A stretch of 64,000 bases of DNA from Octopus sinensis. Its lineage: Eukaryota. Positions within the stretch are counted from its first letter, which is position 1; every line of letters begins with the position of its first letter. The stretch covers positions 81,592,001-81,656,000 of the forward strand of contig NC_043005.1 of the NCBI RefSeq assembly GCF_006345805.1. The letters run 5' to 3'. The position numbers were made by a program, and so were the translations under genes. Shown in pieces: positions 1-13,387 of the stretch. The notes below the pieces were generated by a model, which was not told the DNA's origin, made no database searches, and saw nothing but the letters and a program-made list of their open reading frames with translations.

Positions 1-24
1 CTCAGGAATAGAAAAAAGTCTTTT

Positions 25-51
25 ACGTTTCGAGCCTACGCTCTTCTACAG
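25..51 (-). ncRNA. Degenerate minimal hammerhead-like motif (Penelope-type terminal repeat remnant)
   Basis: Minus strand reads CTGTAGA-A-GAGC-GTAG-GCTC-GAAAC-GTA: 4-bp stem II with tetraloop, GAAA, palindromic ACGT stem III and GUA triplet. The core is CUGUAGA instead of CUGANGA. Confidence 0.4.
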
Positions 52-1364
52 AAAAGGACACAGAAAAAGCAAGGACAGAAAAAAATGTGTTTAGTGGCTA
101 GCGATCTATCATGGCGACATATATATATATATATGTCCTATATTTATTTCTCGTTCAGGCATTTTCCTTAAGCATGAAGCGAATAGGTCTTCTAAATATC
201 TTATGCCTCTAGTGTAGTTTTAAGAACCATGATACTTATTAGAATTAGATCGACCATAAATGACAAAATACAATCAAAGGAATATTGCCGGTAAATAGTT
301 CAACCTGTTTAGAGCTATACGATAACAGAGGGTCTTTAACAGATTGGTCAGGATCAACTGGAAAACAGGTTAACAAACGCTGCAGTTCTAGACAAGCTAG
401 AAGTTTAAATCAACAAAGCTATCATATTTTGGAATTAGAAAGAACCATATTTCATGTCCAAGATCTTCCTGACAGGAAGTGTGAAGGGAAAGAGAGACAG
501 AGGACTTGAAAGGTGTTTTGGGGCCCGCAATAGCAAAAAATGGAGTGGAAACTACAATTTTCAATGTGTCCTTTTCTTCCTTGACAGAGCAGGGTATTGA
601 GATAATTTAGGTGCTTCTGAGATAACTTAGATGCTACCTCAGTTGAAAACCCCCAAAGGCTTACCCAGTGTTTCGTAAACCATCTCAAATGCGTATATAA
701 AGAGATAATTAGAAGAAATTTAGATGAAAATATTACAGAAATTCCGTAACCATATTGCCTTAATTGTTACCTTAATACCTGGCTAACATTGTGTGCAACC
801 ATGGAGGTAAAAGTGGGGCAGATGCTCTACTAATTGCTCTAAACAGAGTAACCAAGGATGTATTTAATCTAATGTTGCGTCGCCTTGTAATATATTTCAT
901 TTGTTATCAGTGCGTTGTTCATTTCTGTAACAACGAAGACTTGACCTCATATATATACGCACAATATCCAAACACTTGCTCACAGACGTCTAGAAGTAGA
1001 TTTTCCAAGAAGATAGAATCTATTTATGATGGCAAGACACAGCATAATTAGACAGTTAAATACACTGGCGATGACAGGATGTTAACTATCGACTCCTCAG
1101 CAGGTAAACCGGCAATCTATCATCCTGCAGAAATGCAGTAATCGTAAATAGAATACCAGCTGTGAGTATTAAAGAGACTAATAGATTGATACTGAAAGCA
1201 TTATTGGATGTCATGTTGAGAGCTATGACATAGGCTGTTGATAGATTGTTATGACTATGGAACTTGTCAATGGTTCTGTGATTCATTAGACAATTCCGTC
1301 ATAACAACTTTGCTTTTCTTTTGTCGCTATTGCTTCTTGACTTGATAACATGACTCACATTTAC

Positions 1365-1617
1365 AGACACGATAGTGTATGTATGAATATATACATACAT
1401 ACATACATACATACATGTTATATATATGCATTTATATAAATGTGCGTGTGCGTATGTTATATATATAAATATAAACATATATTTATATATATGTATATAT
1501 ATATATACATATATATATGTACATATATATATACATATATATATGCACATATATATATATACACATACATATATATATATACATATATATAAATATACGT
1601 ATATATATATATGCATA

Positions 1618-1670
<53 letters not shown>

Positions 1671-1720
1671 GTATGTATACACACATACATATATGTGTGT
1701 GTGTGTGTTCAATATAGAAT
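1365..1720. repeat. Compound (TACA)n/(TA)n/(TG)n microsatellite
   Basis: Direct reading of sequence; it produces several spurious YI/HT-rich ORFs. Confidence 0.95.
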
Positions 1721-2093
1721 ATGATATATGAAGTTAGTATCGAAAGTAATACAAACGTGGGCATAAGTTTTATATTATTTGACGCAGGTCGTTCGACTTG
1801 CACATGTTGGTAGCGAATCTGTTCGCGTATAGTAAACTCTACGTTCTGTTCTTTTTCATTGCAGGCAAATAACACATTTTAATCAATGTCAACGTAACGG
1901 CAGTGAGTTCTTGAGGGAGAGCAATTTGAGGACTATCCGCTGTCAAGAGAGGGCTACGGATATTTACATAGAATATACCGACAAGAGAAAGTCGTCTAAA
2001 GAAACCTTGTCGGCGCGTTGACAGTCACTGTGGTGCATTATCCGTGCATTAGCCACCACCTGTGGGCTTATGTCGGAGAGCTGCAGTCGCATG

Positions 2094-2663
2094 TATTGGC
2101 TTGTCCGGAAAGTTCATGCCGATTTATAGTAGCTTACATTTCGACTTATTTTAGAACATGGTTGAATCAATAAAATAGGATTTGACTACATCTCCATTTA
2201 GAGCACAGCTTAAGCTATCTTTTCGTGGAAGAAGGTTTATGTTGCTATAACCTGTATTAATTTTGTAACCCTTTAAAATGGAAGATAAGTTCATTTTCGG
2301 CACTTGATGCTTTGGAAACCAGACAAAAATTGCTGCAGCTCGGCTGGGATGTGTTACCCCACCCTCCATATTCACCAGATATTGCTTCTTCGGATTTCCA
2401 CTTATTCTGCAGGTCTCTGCAGAATAGTCTTAATGGTAAAACTTTCAATATCTTGGATGACGTCTAAAGATACTTTGATTAATTTTTTTACCATGAAACC
2501 ACCTCAATTCTAAGAATAGGATATTTTCAAGTTAAGGGAAAAAGGGAGACGCATTGTGTAACACAATTGTTCATATTTAGTTGATTAAAAATGTAATGGC
2601 AAGTATTTATTGACCTTTTTCTTTCCTTTAAATATCGGCACGAACATTCCGGATAACCCAATA
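2094..2663 (+). mobile_element. Internally deleted mariner element (non-autonomous) with both TIRs
   Basis: Left end TATTGGCTTGTCCGGAAAGTTCATGCCG matches the reverse complement of the right end CGGCACGAACATTCCGGATAACCCAATA, with TA at the termini. The interior encodes GWDVLPHPPYSPDIASSDFHLF (mariner YSPDLAPSD motif) followed by stops and frameshifts. Confidence 0.85.
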
Positions 2664-3187
2664 ATTCATCGAATGCACAGTGAGGTTCCCACGCCCCACC
2701 TTTTTTTAACATGGAAAGGAGGCAAAACTTCCTCGGCTTGGTGGAATGAAAGAGGTTCTATGGTGAGTTAATCTGAAGGTTTTGAAGGAGAATATGCCTA
2801 TCTGAACAACGTATTCAAATACGAGTTGAAAAGGAAGATAAGAACAGATAGGGAGGTTCTGATTTCTAGCAAATGAATTGAATGATGGATGAGATTAGGA
2901 GAATTGGTGTGTCTGATTGAGTCTGTCCTATGTGTCCTTTTCTAAGAAAGAGAAAAGAAACTTTGTGCTCCGTTCTTCTAGGGATTGAATTCTTAGTGAA
3001 ATTATATTGGTATTTCGTCTTAAAGTTTTGTTATATCATTTGTTAATGTTCTTGTGATTGATAGAAACCTCACTAATTGTGTATTGCATTCGCTTTTTCA
3101 AGTCGTTGTCAGACTCTACTGGCTACTATCATTATCACGATAAACATTACTATTATCATCCTGATCACCATTATTATCAATAGCACT

Positions 3188-3400
3188 AAGGCGGTGAGGT
3201 GACAGAATCGTTAGCACACCGAACAAAATGCTTAGCGGCATTTCATTCGCATTTACTTTCTGAGATCAAATTTAACCCGGGTCGACTTTGAATTCCATCC
3301 TATCGGGATCGATTAAATAAGTACCAGTTAAACACTGGGATCGATACAATCAACTGAGCCCCATTCTCCAAATTTCAGGTCTTGTGCCTTTAGTAGAAAG
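3188..3400 (+). mobile_element. tRNA-derived SINE, family 1 monomer
   Basis: GGCGGTGAG...GCAGAATCGTTAGCAC head, B-box-like GATCAAATT, and the GTCGACTTTG...AAGTACCAG body shared with many copies in the window. Confidence 0.8.
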
Positions 3401-3401
3401 G

Positions 3402-3440
<39 letters not shown>

Positions 3441-3856
3441 GCAGACTCTCGTAATGTGAGGACATCTTTTATTATTCTCTTTTTCAGAAAATGTCTGTCT
3501 TGAAGTATTACCAAATGGAAATTTCTCCCGAGTAATTGTAAAAAGAACTACAATTGTGGGAGAAGGGCGGTCCTCGATACACATGGCAAACGGCTGCAAG
3601 AACTTTTGTTTCACAAACATGTTAAATAATATTTTAGAATATTATATTTTCACATTGAAAATAGCTACCTCACTTAATTATATGACACAGCAAAGAAGCA
3701 GACGAAGCGAACATCTAAAAGTATTAGAAGAATTAAAAAAAGAATTGGACAGTATAGCGTACAATTGACAGAAGAATATATCCCAAATACTCAAATATTG
3801 AATTCAAATTTTGGCTCAAGGCCAGCAATTTAGGATGAGCTAATAAGTAGATTAGT

Positions 3857-4110
3857 GGAGGCGCGTAGCTTAGTGGTTAGAGTGTCAGCATCATGATCGT
3901 AAGATTGTGGCTTCGATTCCGGGACCGGGCGACGCGTTGTGTTCTTGAGCAAAACGCTTCATTTCACATTGCTCCAGTTCACTCAGCTGGCAAAAATGAG
4001 TAACGCTGCGATGGACTGGTGTCCCATCCAGCTGGGGAACACATACGCCATTGAAACCGGAAAGCCGGGCCCATGAGTCTGGCTAGGCTGTAAAAGGGCG
4101 CATTTATTTT
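3857..4110 (+). mobile_element. tRNA-derived SINE with V-domain-like central motif
   Basis: A-box TAGCTTAGTGG, B-box GCTTCGATTCC, then GCGATGGACTGGTGTCCCATCCAG, which resembles the V-SINE domain. The V-SINE assignment is from recall, not a search. Confidence 0.7.
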
Positions 4111-6016
4111 TAAGATGAGCTAAAGTCGATTAGAACAACCCCAGTGTTCAGTTAGTGTTTATTTTATGGACCCTGAAAGTCGAGCTTCGAACGCGAAGAC
4201 GAACGAAACACCACTAAGCATTATGCCCTCTCGCCACCTTACAAAAACTCAAATATCAAACTGAAAGTCAGTGATTAATAACAACATATGTAGCAATTCT
4301 CCCATAATTCCAAATAATACGGCAGATTTGTTAATAACTTCTATTGCACAATGGGTAACATGTGGAGCAATTAATTACAAAATAAAACTAGCCGAGGTTC
4401 TGATGAGAATCGAGAGGATATACTCAAATCATTCCCATAATTAGATTACTTAATAATTTTAAGCCAGTGCGGACAATATGTGCAGTTGTAGATGGACATG
4501 GCTGTTCAATAGATGGAGAAGTATCCAGTATAGTAACCGTACTGCTGGAGTTGAAATTCCCTTGGCATTACATTCTATTTTCATTAGTGTTAATAATGTT
4601 AAAATCTAAGGCTGACACACTTGCATTTTTAGCCAGAATAAATATTTATACTATGACTCATTCCTATTCTCTAATTCTTTAATGTGTATAGATTTATTAA
4701 TCATAGTGTTTCGGCTCGCGAAGTATGCTGGCGCCTTTTAATATCAACTGTCGATATAACAGATATCTTTAGAAATATTAGTTCAGTTATTCGTTTAAAA
4801 TATGAAACATGTACTGTTCAGTCTCGTAGAACATATACTCTCTAGTCATTTCAAGAGTTGTATTAACGGGTAATCTATCTTCGTTGAAGAGGCTCAATCA
4901 TCATCAGAGTGGACAACGTACACTTAGAGATCAGAATCACATTACGCAGTTTTGTATAACTAATTTTAATTAATTTAAATTCCGAGACTCTTACCCTGTC
5001 ATTCCGACAAGAAATATATGCGCATATAATATAATCTTTTCTTTACTTAATGTGCTGTTTTAATTAATTATCTTTTTATCCATTACATGAGATACGATAA
5101 CATCCATTTCCGGATGGACCACTTGGCTATCAGTCGAATACTACATTGAACCAAAATATACTTATGATTAATCAGTGAGTGAGGAGGAGTAAAGCTGAGA
5201 GATAGTAATCCACATAAATTTTTAAAATTCAGAACTGAGATATTTTTCTCAATTTCTCGAGACGTTTATTATCCTTAGAAGTAGAAGTACATGGTACAGC
5301 AACTTTACGGGCTTTTTCGAGACAAGGTTGAGAAAGTGAGCTTGAGACAAGCAATATGGTCCGTGTGTATGTCTCAATATCATCTCTATAACTGTAATTT
5401 TTATCATCTTTTATGATTCTCAATCTTTGTAACGATCCATGATTTGTTCTTACATATTTTGGAAGCCAGGAATGTATAGGGAATTGTCTAGAAGCAAATT
5501 ACATGAATGCTAGTTTAAGGAAGTTCCTAATTTCAAGAATAAAAGAAGTGAAGAAGGGAAGCGACTATTGTTGAACTCCATACATCCATATAGACCGTAC
5601 AAGATGATGGCTGCAACATGATTTCGAGCATTAAAACAATAATATACGAAAGCGTATATTGTTGTTAAATGCCCGAAATACGAGACTAGAGAAACAGACA
5701 ACAGCTGATGAAGGCTCGTTCTTTATGTTTGTTTTGTTTTCCACTTGTGTCTTTTGTTGTTGGAAAGAATAGTCCATGTTCCATGTGTTCGTGCTTCGTA
5801 CTTTTTTGTTGTACACTTTTCATGACTTCCTGTGCTCACATATACACACATATATATACGTATAGATGTATATACATATACGCATGTATATATGCATATA
5901 TATATAATATATATTATATATATATATATATATATATTATTTATATTACTATATATATATGCATATATATATATATATGAATATAAATATATATATACAT
6001 ATATATATATATTTAT

Positions 6017-6054
<38 letters not shown>

Positions 6055-6092
6055 AATCAGGTACTGGTACTTAAATTAAGAAACCTACTCAT

Positions 6093-6130
<38 letters not shown>

Positions 6131-6783
6131 TATATATATCACACTATTAGAGTATCGACCAGACCATCTGTTGGCGTTATACGCCGCAGTCACATTGTGT
6201 TTCCAATTATATCTTAATTGCACCATTCTTCTCCATTTTGATACAAAATGCTTCACTAGATGTCTTCACATCTATACATACCTACATACACATACATACA
6301 TACATACATACATACATACATACACATACATACATACATACATACATACATACATACATTGATGCGTGTTGAGTGACAAACGTAGTTTTCCGTGTCGGTC
6401 AGATCATGAGCTGAAATTAGACCTGCGGATAACGAGCAGTGGATCTCTTTCTAAAATCGCGGACAAGACTCTTACAGACAATCATGAAAGAACAGTGTAC
6501 ATGTTGCGCCTTTCATTCTGTTTGAAACAACGCAACTTATTTTCGATCAATAAGGAACATCATCATAGCAATATATAAGTATGTCTGATAAACAAATATC
6601 TCTAAGCATTAAAATGATATTATTTTTCGCACTTTTTAGTTCAGTACGAAGCGAATAGTGTACACGTTTATAACAAGAAGATAAATAACTTCGAGAAATA
6701 TAAATCGGAAAATTGCAGGAAGGAAGTTGTAGCGGAAAAACAAGACAGAAGCAAATGGCAGAAGATAAATTCGTGTTGCTTAC

Positions 6784-6981
6784 TTGGACATCAAATGGGA
6801 AATCATTCAACTCCAAGTTCTCCATGAAAGTTCCTTTAATCACCCGTTTCTCAACGATGTAAGCTTCACCTTTATCATTGAAGTTCACTCTGTGCCGTAT
6901 ATTTTCTTTTGGATCACCTAGTGTGTTTTCAATGTAAAGTTTTGGACTCCAGTATTTCTTAATATCAATACCTTCCAGTGC
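6784..6981 (-). CDS. Internal exon of a Cys-less (Pro-loop) pentameric ligand-gated ion channel, extracellular domain
   Basis: Long polypyrimidine tract + TTTACAG acceptor, GTAAGC donor, 198 nt, phase 0/0, open frame ALEGIDIKKYWSPKLYIENTLGDPKENIRHRVNFNDKGEAYIVEKRVIKGTFMENLELNDFPFDVQ. It contains a loop A WxPxLxIxN motif and the FPFD Pro-loop motif. Confidence 0.88.
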
Positions 6982-7202
6982 CTGTAAAGTATAAAAAGAA
7001 AAAAAGAGAAAAAAAGAAAGATATCAGATCAGTAAACAAAATGTTATAAATAAAGAAGCTGAGAAAACAAATGAAAATAAATCGGAATGGTTCGTATTTT
7101 AGTATGACTAATTCTGTATTAGTTTCCATTCTATTTGGTTATACACTGCATTACGCAAACACAGAAACACACGTACGTAAACATATATTAACATACACGT
7201 AA

Positions 7203-7240
<38 letters not shown>

Positions 7241-7632
7241 GCCATAAAAATGTATGCTTAGATATATGTCTTCAAATAGGTATATATGCGTATGTGTATT
7301 TGTGTGAGTATGTGTGTGTGTATGTAGGTATGTACACATATACGCATACATATATATATGTATATATATATTTATATACATATATATACATACATGTATG
7401 CATATATGCATATACACATATACAAATACATATATATATATGTGTGCGTGTGTATTTGTGTGTGTGTGTATTTATGTGTGTGTGTGTGTAAATAGACAAA
7501 CACTCTATACATATATTTGCATAGAGATATATATGGATCTAACTATCTATCTGTCTCCCCCTCTTTGTCTTTCTTTCGCTCGCTATCTCTCTGTACACAC
7601 ACAAACACATATATGCTCCTATACACACACAT

Positions 7633-7699
<67 letters not shown>

Positions 7700-8062
7700 C
7701 ATATATGTACACACAGAGACAGCCACACGAACACACATACGCACAAACACAAACACACATATGCTACTCTGGAACGCATCTAAAAGCAAAATACAGCAAA
7801 AAAAAAAAATATCTATAAATTTTATAGGATTTAGAAATCAAATCACGGAAAGGAAACTGAAGGAATTTCAGTTCAGTAGTTTGATTTAAGTTATTCTTCT
7901 TCTTCCTACGACATCGGAATTGTCTGAAATATGTGTGGTTATTCGGTTCTTGGGCAACAGGCTGTTAACTGAGGAGAAAAAAAACACAGGGAAACGATTT
8001 TTTGTTTCCTTTATTTTATCGTCAAATACGGAATGCCCCCTGGAAATAATCCTGTTGTTTGT

Positions 8063-8139
8063 TTGATGATATGCATACATGTATGTGTGTGTATGTGTAT
8101 ATATATATATATATTTGATGATATGCATACACCTATGTG

Positions 8140-8173
<34 letters not shown>

Positions 8174-8296
8174 CTATAATATATATATATTATATATATA
8201 TATATATTATATATATATATATTTGATGATATGCATACACCTATGTGTATGTATGTATATATATATATTTGAGGATATGCATACACCTATGTGTAT
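8063..8296 (+). repeat. Minisatellite: four copies of TTGATGATATGCATACA(C/T)(C/G)TATGTGT separated by variable (TA)n
   Basis: Cores start at ~8063, 8115, 8223 and 8269. Confidence 0.85.
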
Positions 8297-8410
8297 GTAT
8301 GTATATATATATATATATTTATATACATGTATACATATGTATATATATTATATATATATGTATATACCTATATATATTTACATATATGTAAATATATATG
8401 TTTATATATT

Positions 8411-8456
<46 letters not shown>

Positions 8457-9092
8457 CATGTAAGTATGTATGTACGTGTGTGCATATATATGCGTTTCTG
8501 TGTATGTTTGAATATTTAGGATTACAAAAATAAAATCGTTTATACGACAGACACGCATTTGACCTCAAATCAGTATAAATGTATTTTAGGTGCACTTGAG
8601 ACAGATTACATGCGCATGTGCCCGTGTGTGTTTGTATGTCTGTGCGTGTGTGTATTTGTGTGTATTTGTGTGTGAGCTTTTGTGAGTGAAAATGTGTACC
8701 GACTGTGTTTTGCATCATAGGTTATCTGGAAAATTGAGCAATAATTCTTTGGTACGTATTCGCCGAAGGCTATATGTATGAATGTATGTATGGATGTATG
8801 TATATATTATTGTATGTATGTATTATTATATGTATGTATAAAAATTGATATATATGCATGTATGTATACGCGCAGATATGTATATGGGTATCTATCTATC
8901 TACCTATCTAATTATCAGCATATATAGACGTACCGCACACACACACACGCATACAAACATACATACATAAATACATACATTCATACATACATATATATAT
9001 ATATACACATACATATATATACATACATATACAGACATAGCTACATACACATACATACACATACATACACATACATACATATATACATATAC

Positions 9093-9137
<45 letters not shown>

Positions 9138-9473
9138 ACACACACATTTTATTCTTTTACTTGTCTTAGTCATCTAACTGCGGCTATACTGGGGTAGCGC
9201 CTTTAGTCGAATAAATCGACCCCAAAACTTATTCTTTGTAAGCCCAGTACTTATTCTATCGGATTGCTTTCTGCCGATCCGCTAGCTTATGGGAACGTAA
9301 ACACCAACATTGATTATCAAGCGATGATGGGGGGACAAATACAGACAAAAACAACACACACACACACACACACATAAAAGTAGACATTACGGGTAATTTC
9401 GCCGACTAAAGTCCTTTTGCGACATTGTTTTAGCATGTAGAAACAAATAGGCACTCATACACACACACACGTT

Positions 9474-10062
9474 TATTTCTTTATTGCCCACACGGAGCAA
9501 AGCTTAGAGGAGACAAACAAGGACAGACAAAGGGACTAAGTCGACTACATCGACCCCAGTGCGTAACTGGTACTTATATAATCGACCTCAGAACGTGACG
9601 GCAGAAGAAATACCGCTAAGCCTTTCGCCCGGCATGCTAACGATAATTATTTCTTTACTGCCCACAAGGGGCTACACACAAAGAGGACAAACAAGGACAG
9701 ACAAACGGATTAAGTCGATTATGTCGACCCCAGTGCGTAAATGGTACTTATTTAATCGATCCCGAAAGGATGAAAGGCAAAGTCAAACTGAGCGGAATTT
9801 GAGCTCAGAACGTAGTGGCAGACGAAATACCTATTTCTTTACTATCCACACGGGGCTAAACACAGACTGGACAAACAATGACAGACAAACAAATTAAGTC
9901 GATTATATCGACCCCAGTGCGTAACTGGTACTTATGTAATCGACTCCGAAAGGATGAAAAGCAAAGTCGATCTAGGTGGAATTTGAACTCAGAACGTAGC
10001 GGCAGACGAAATACCTCTAAGCATTTAGCTCGGCGTGCTAACATTTCTGCCAGCTCACCGCC
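9474..10062 (-). mobile_element. SINE family 1 cluster: partial monomer plus dimer
   Basis: Three repeats of the GACAAACAAGGACAGACAAA...ATCGACCCCAGTGCGTAA module, with the head (CCAGCTCACCGCC) at the right end. Confidence 0.85.
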
Positions 10063-11032
10063 CTCACACACATTCACACACATTTTAATATAATATATTG
10101 CAATACTATTTATATATCTTTCAAATCGCGAAAGTACGGGAGATGATAGGACTTTGATATTTGGAGGACGAATCAATATTGACGGATCGATTTTAACATT
10201 CTCAATCACCAACTTAAGGTTTCTGAGAGTTAGCTCGAAACACCCCAGAACAAGCTTATACTAACTTCTCCTTTCATTGAGAGAACTCGCGAGTTGCAAT
10301 TTCTAAAAATATAACACTTGTTTCCATCAATAAACTTAAAACGGATTCACAGAGAAATCGGCCCTTTAACATAACTTGAACTTGGATTTGTGAGATGAGG
10401 CGAGACAAAATACTGTCTGGCATTTATTTAATTTAATACTTATTGTTCCCTGACTCATTATAACAAAGAAATGCTACACTGGATTATAACAATGAAGTCT
10501 ATCCTTGTAGCAATAGGACATAGATTAGTTCCATTACATTCCGAAAATTTCTCATTAAGATCTTATTTATTCAAAATCTAATTTTTCTACCTATTTCACA
10601 GCACTTGACTTATCTAATAACAAAGTCTCTTTGCTACTGGCTCCATCAAATTCTGAACCAAAAAGAGGTAAAAAAAAAAATTACACAAAAGACAAAAAGA
10701 TTTCGATCGTCATAAAGAAAAGCGAGATAAAAATGCAGCACAATTTTCCTAAAATATATATAAATAAAACACATTCAAAGAATAGTAAACGAGATACGGA
10801 ATGAAGAAGAAACAAACTTCTAGCGACTTACTAATGCCAAAGAGACACTGAGAAACTAATTTCTAAAGATTCGATTTCTCAAAGAACTATTACCTTTTCA
10901 GTGTTCTTCAGAATCCAATCGATTTTACGAAGTGTCTCTCAGTGTAACTGCCCTCTGACACATATGTGTATGTATATGTAGAGATATGTATGTACATTCC
11001 TTGCGACATATCCTATTTCTTCCCATATCCAT

Positions 11033-11064
<32 letters not shown>

Positions 11065-11566
11065 CATACATACAAACATGGTACGTAGTTACAAAACACA
11101 CACACATACGCACAAACATGCACACACAAGGAGACAGAGGTGCATACATATATAAACACATGCTCACACACACACATAGAAAATACACAAACACGGACAT
11201 GCAACCACATGTATATGCAGAATACATACATACATATATACATATGCATACACACACACACATGCATACACACATGCATACGTACTTGTATGCATGCATA
11301 GGCACACACACACACTATCCCACACACATGCGCACAAACAAACAAAAAGGAACGCAGTGTAAATAACGTCAGAGTCAAGACTATTGAAAAGGTTGCAAGA
11401 CGCAACGAAAATTTAAGAAAATAAAAATAAGAAATAAGTGAAAATTTTACCGGTAAGTGCGTTACGTTATAAGGTACAAGAAGAAATTGACTCTCCCCAG
11501 ACACAACAGAATATGCTTCAACACACGAACTCATATAAAGAATCTTGCAAACCAAATCCAAAAACG

Positions 11567-11606
<40 letters not shown>

Positions 11607-12436
11607 GTACAGGTATACATTCTTACACACATATACATATACTTGTATATGCATATATAAACATGCACGTATTGATGTGTTTTGCATGCAAAATACATGA
11701 TACGCTTGAATGTATATACACCTTATATTTAATGACATTTTTAAATGAAATCAAGCTGTATATGTTCGTTTCAAATATTGGCTTCAAATATTGGAATAAG
11801 GCCAGCCATTTCGGAGAAGGAGGATTCGTCAATTATATCGACCCCAATACTCAGCTGGTACTTACTTTATCTACACCAAAAGGATGAAAGGCAAAGTGGA
11901 CTTCGGTGGAATTTGAACTCAGACCTTACAGACGGACGGAATGCCACTAAGTATTTTGTACGGTAGCGTTAACGTTTCTGCCACCTACGCCTTGCAAGAA
12001 GTATATATTAATATCGATGCATACATAATCTATATAAGTTTTCAGGACATGAATTGAGGTTTGTAATGGAGGCGGGAAGACAAATTATATATACCCATCA
12101 GACTAACATCAACAAATATAGAGAAAGCAGTACCTGGTAGGATTTTTAAATCCTTCGTCACGCTAATTAGAATCAATATCGAGGGAGATACTCACGAATT
12201 AAAGCGCGACCCTAAATATTGGGTTCAATGCCAGTAGGTTTGGCAAGAGGGGAAAGTCGATTATGTTGACCCCCGTGCTCAAGTGTTAGTTATTTTATCG
12301 ACCCCGGAAAGATGAAAAGTAAATTCGACATTGGTGGAGTTTGAACACAGAACCTAAGGACATACAAAATGCCACCAAGCACTTTCACCGACATGCTAAC
12401 GATCCCGCTAGCTCGCCGTCCTTTATTACATAGATA

Positions 12437-12798
12437 TTCTTTTCTACTCTAGGCACAAGGTCCGACAATTTGGGGGAGGGGGCCGGTCGATTAGATCAAT
12501 CCAAGTACGGAACCAGTACTTAATTTATCGACCCCGAAATGAGGAAACGCAAAGTCGACCTCAGCGGAATTTGAACTCAGAACATAAAAGACAGACGAAA
12601 TACCTATTTCTTTACTACCCACAAGAGGCTAAACACAGAAGGGACAAACAAGGGCGTAACTGGTACTTATTTAATCGACCCCGAAAGGATGAAAGGCAAA
12701 GTCGACCTCGGCGGAGTTTGAACTCAGAACCTAACGGCAGACGAAATACCGCTAAGCATTTCACCTGGTGTGCTAACGTTTCTGCCAGCTCACCACCC
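12437..12798 (-). mobile_element. SINE family 1 dimer
   Basis: Head at 12750-12798, internal junction AATACCTATT at 12599, alternative terminal tail at the left. Confidence 0.8.
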
Positions 12799-12814
12799 TC
12801 TCATTACATAAATA

Positions 12815-13387
12815 TTCATTTGTTTATTGCATCAGGCGGTTAAACATAGAGGGGGCAAACAAGGACAGACAAAGGGATTAAGTCGATTACATCGACCCCA
12901 GTGAGTAACTGGTGTTTATTTAATCGACGCCGAAACGATGAGAGGTAAAACCGACCTCGGCGTAAAAACATACGAAATACCTATTTCTTTACTACCCACA
13001 ACAGAGAGAGGACAAACAAGGACAGACACACGGATTAAGTCAATTATATCGACCCCAGTGCGTAACTGGTACTTATTTAATCGACCACGAAAGGTTGAAA
13101 GGCAAAGTCGACCTCGGCGGAATTTGAACTCAGAACATTAGCGGCAGACGAAATACCTATTTCTTTACTACCCACAAGGGGCTACACACAGAGGGACAAG
13201 CAAGGACGGACAAACGGATTAAGTCGATTATATCGACCCCAGTGCGTAACTGGTACTTATTCAATCGGCCCCGAAAGGATGACAGACAAAGACGACCTCG
13301 GCGGAATTTGAACTCAGAACGTAGCGGCAGATGAAATACCGCTAAGCATTTCGCCCGGCGTGCTAACGTTTCTGCCAGCTCGCCGCT
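12815..13387 (-). mobile_element. SINE family 1 trimer
   Basis: One head (13340-13387) and three body/tail modules, with junctions at 12976 and 13152 (176-bp spacing). Confidence 0.85.

Noticed and set aside
1086-1286. Hydrophobic minus-strand ORF as a possible transmembrane exon of the channel
   Set aside because: No recognisable M1-M3 motifs or convincing splice sites; the intervening extracellular exon was not found either.
3857-3930. tRNA-like sequences at SINE heads
   Set aside because: A/B boxes continue into SINE bodies present in many copies; no complete cloverleaf is supported.
5668-5715. GCCCGAAA ... CTGATGAAGGC as a type II hammerhead
   Set aside because: Stems I and III and a cleavage triplet cannot be formed convincingly.
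6784-6981. Assignment as a cephalopod chemotactile receptor or a named GABA-A/nAChR subunit
   Set aside because: The first Cys-loop cysteine is absent, and one exon is not enough to assign a gene symbol.
8063-8296. Repeat-spacer pattern resembling a CRISPR array
   Set aside because: Spacers are only (TA)n of variable length, the context is eukaryotic, and there are no cas genes.
7886-10653. Strong minus-strand acceptors near 7968 and 10653 as the missing channel exon
   Set aside because: The required frames hit stops, no suitable donor follows, and no beta1-beta2 motif is encoded.
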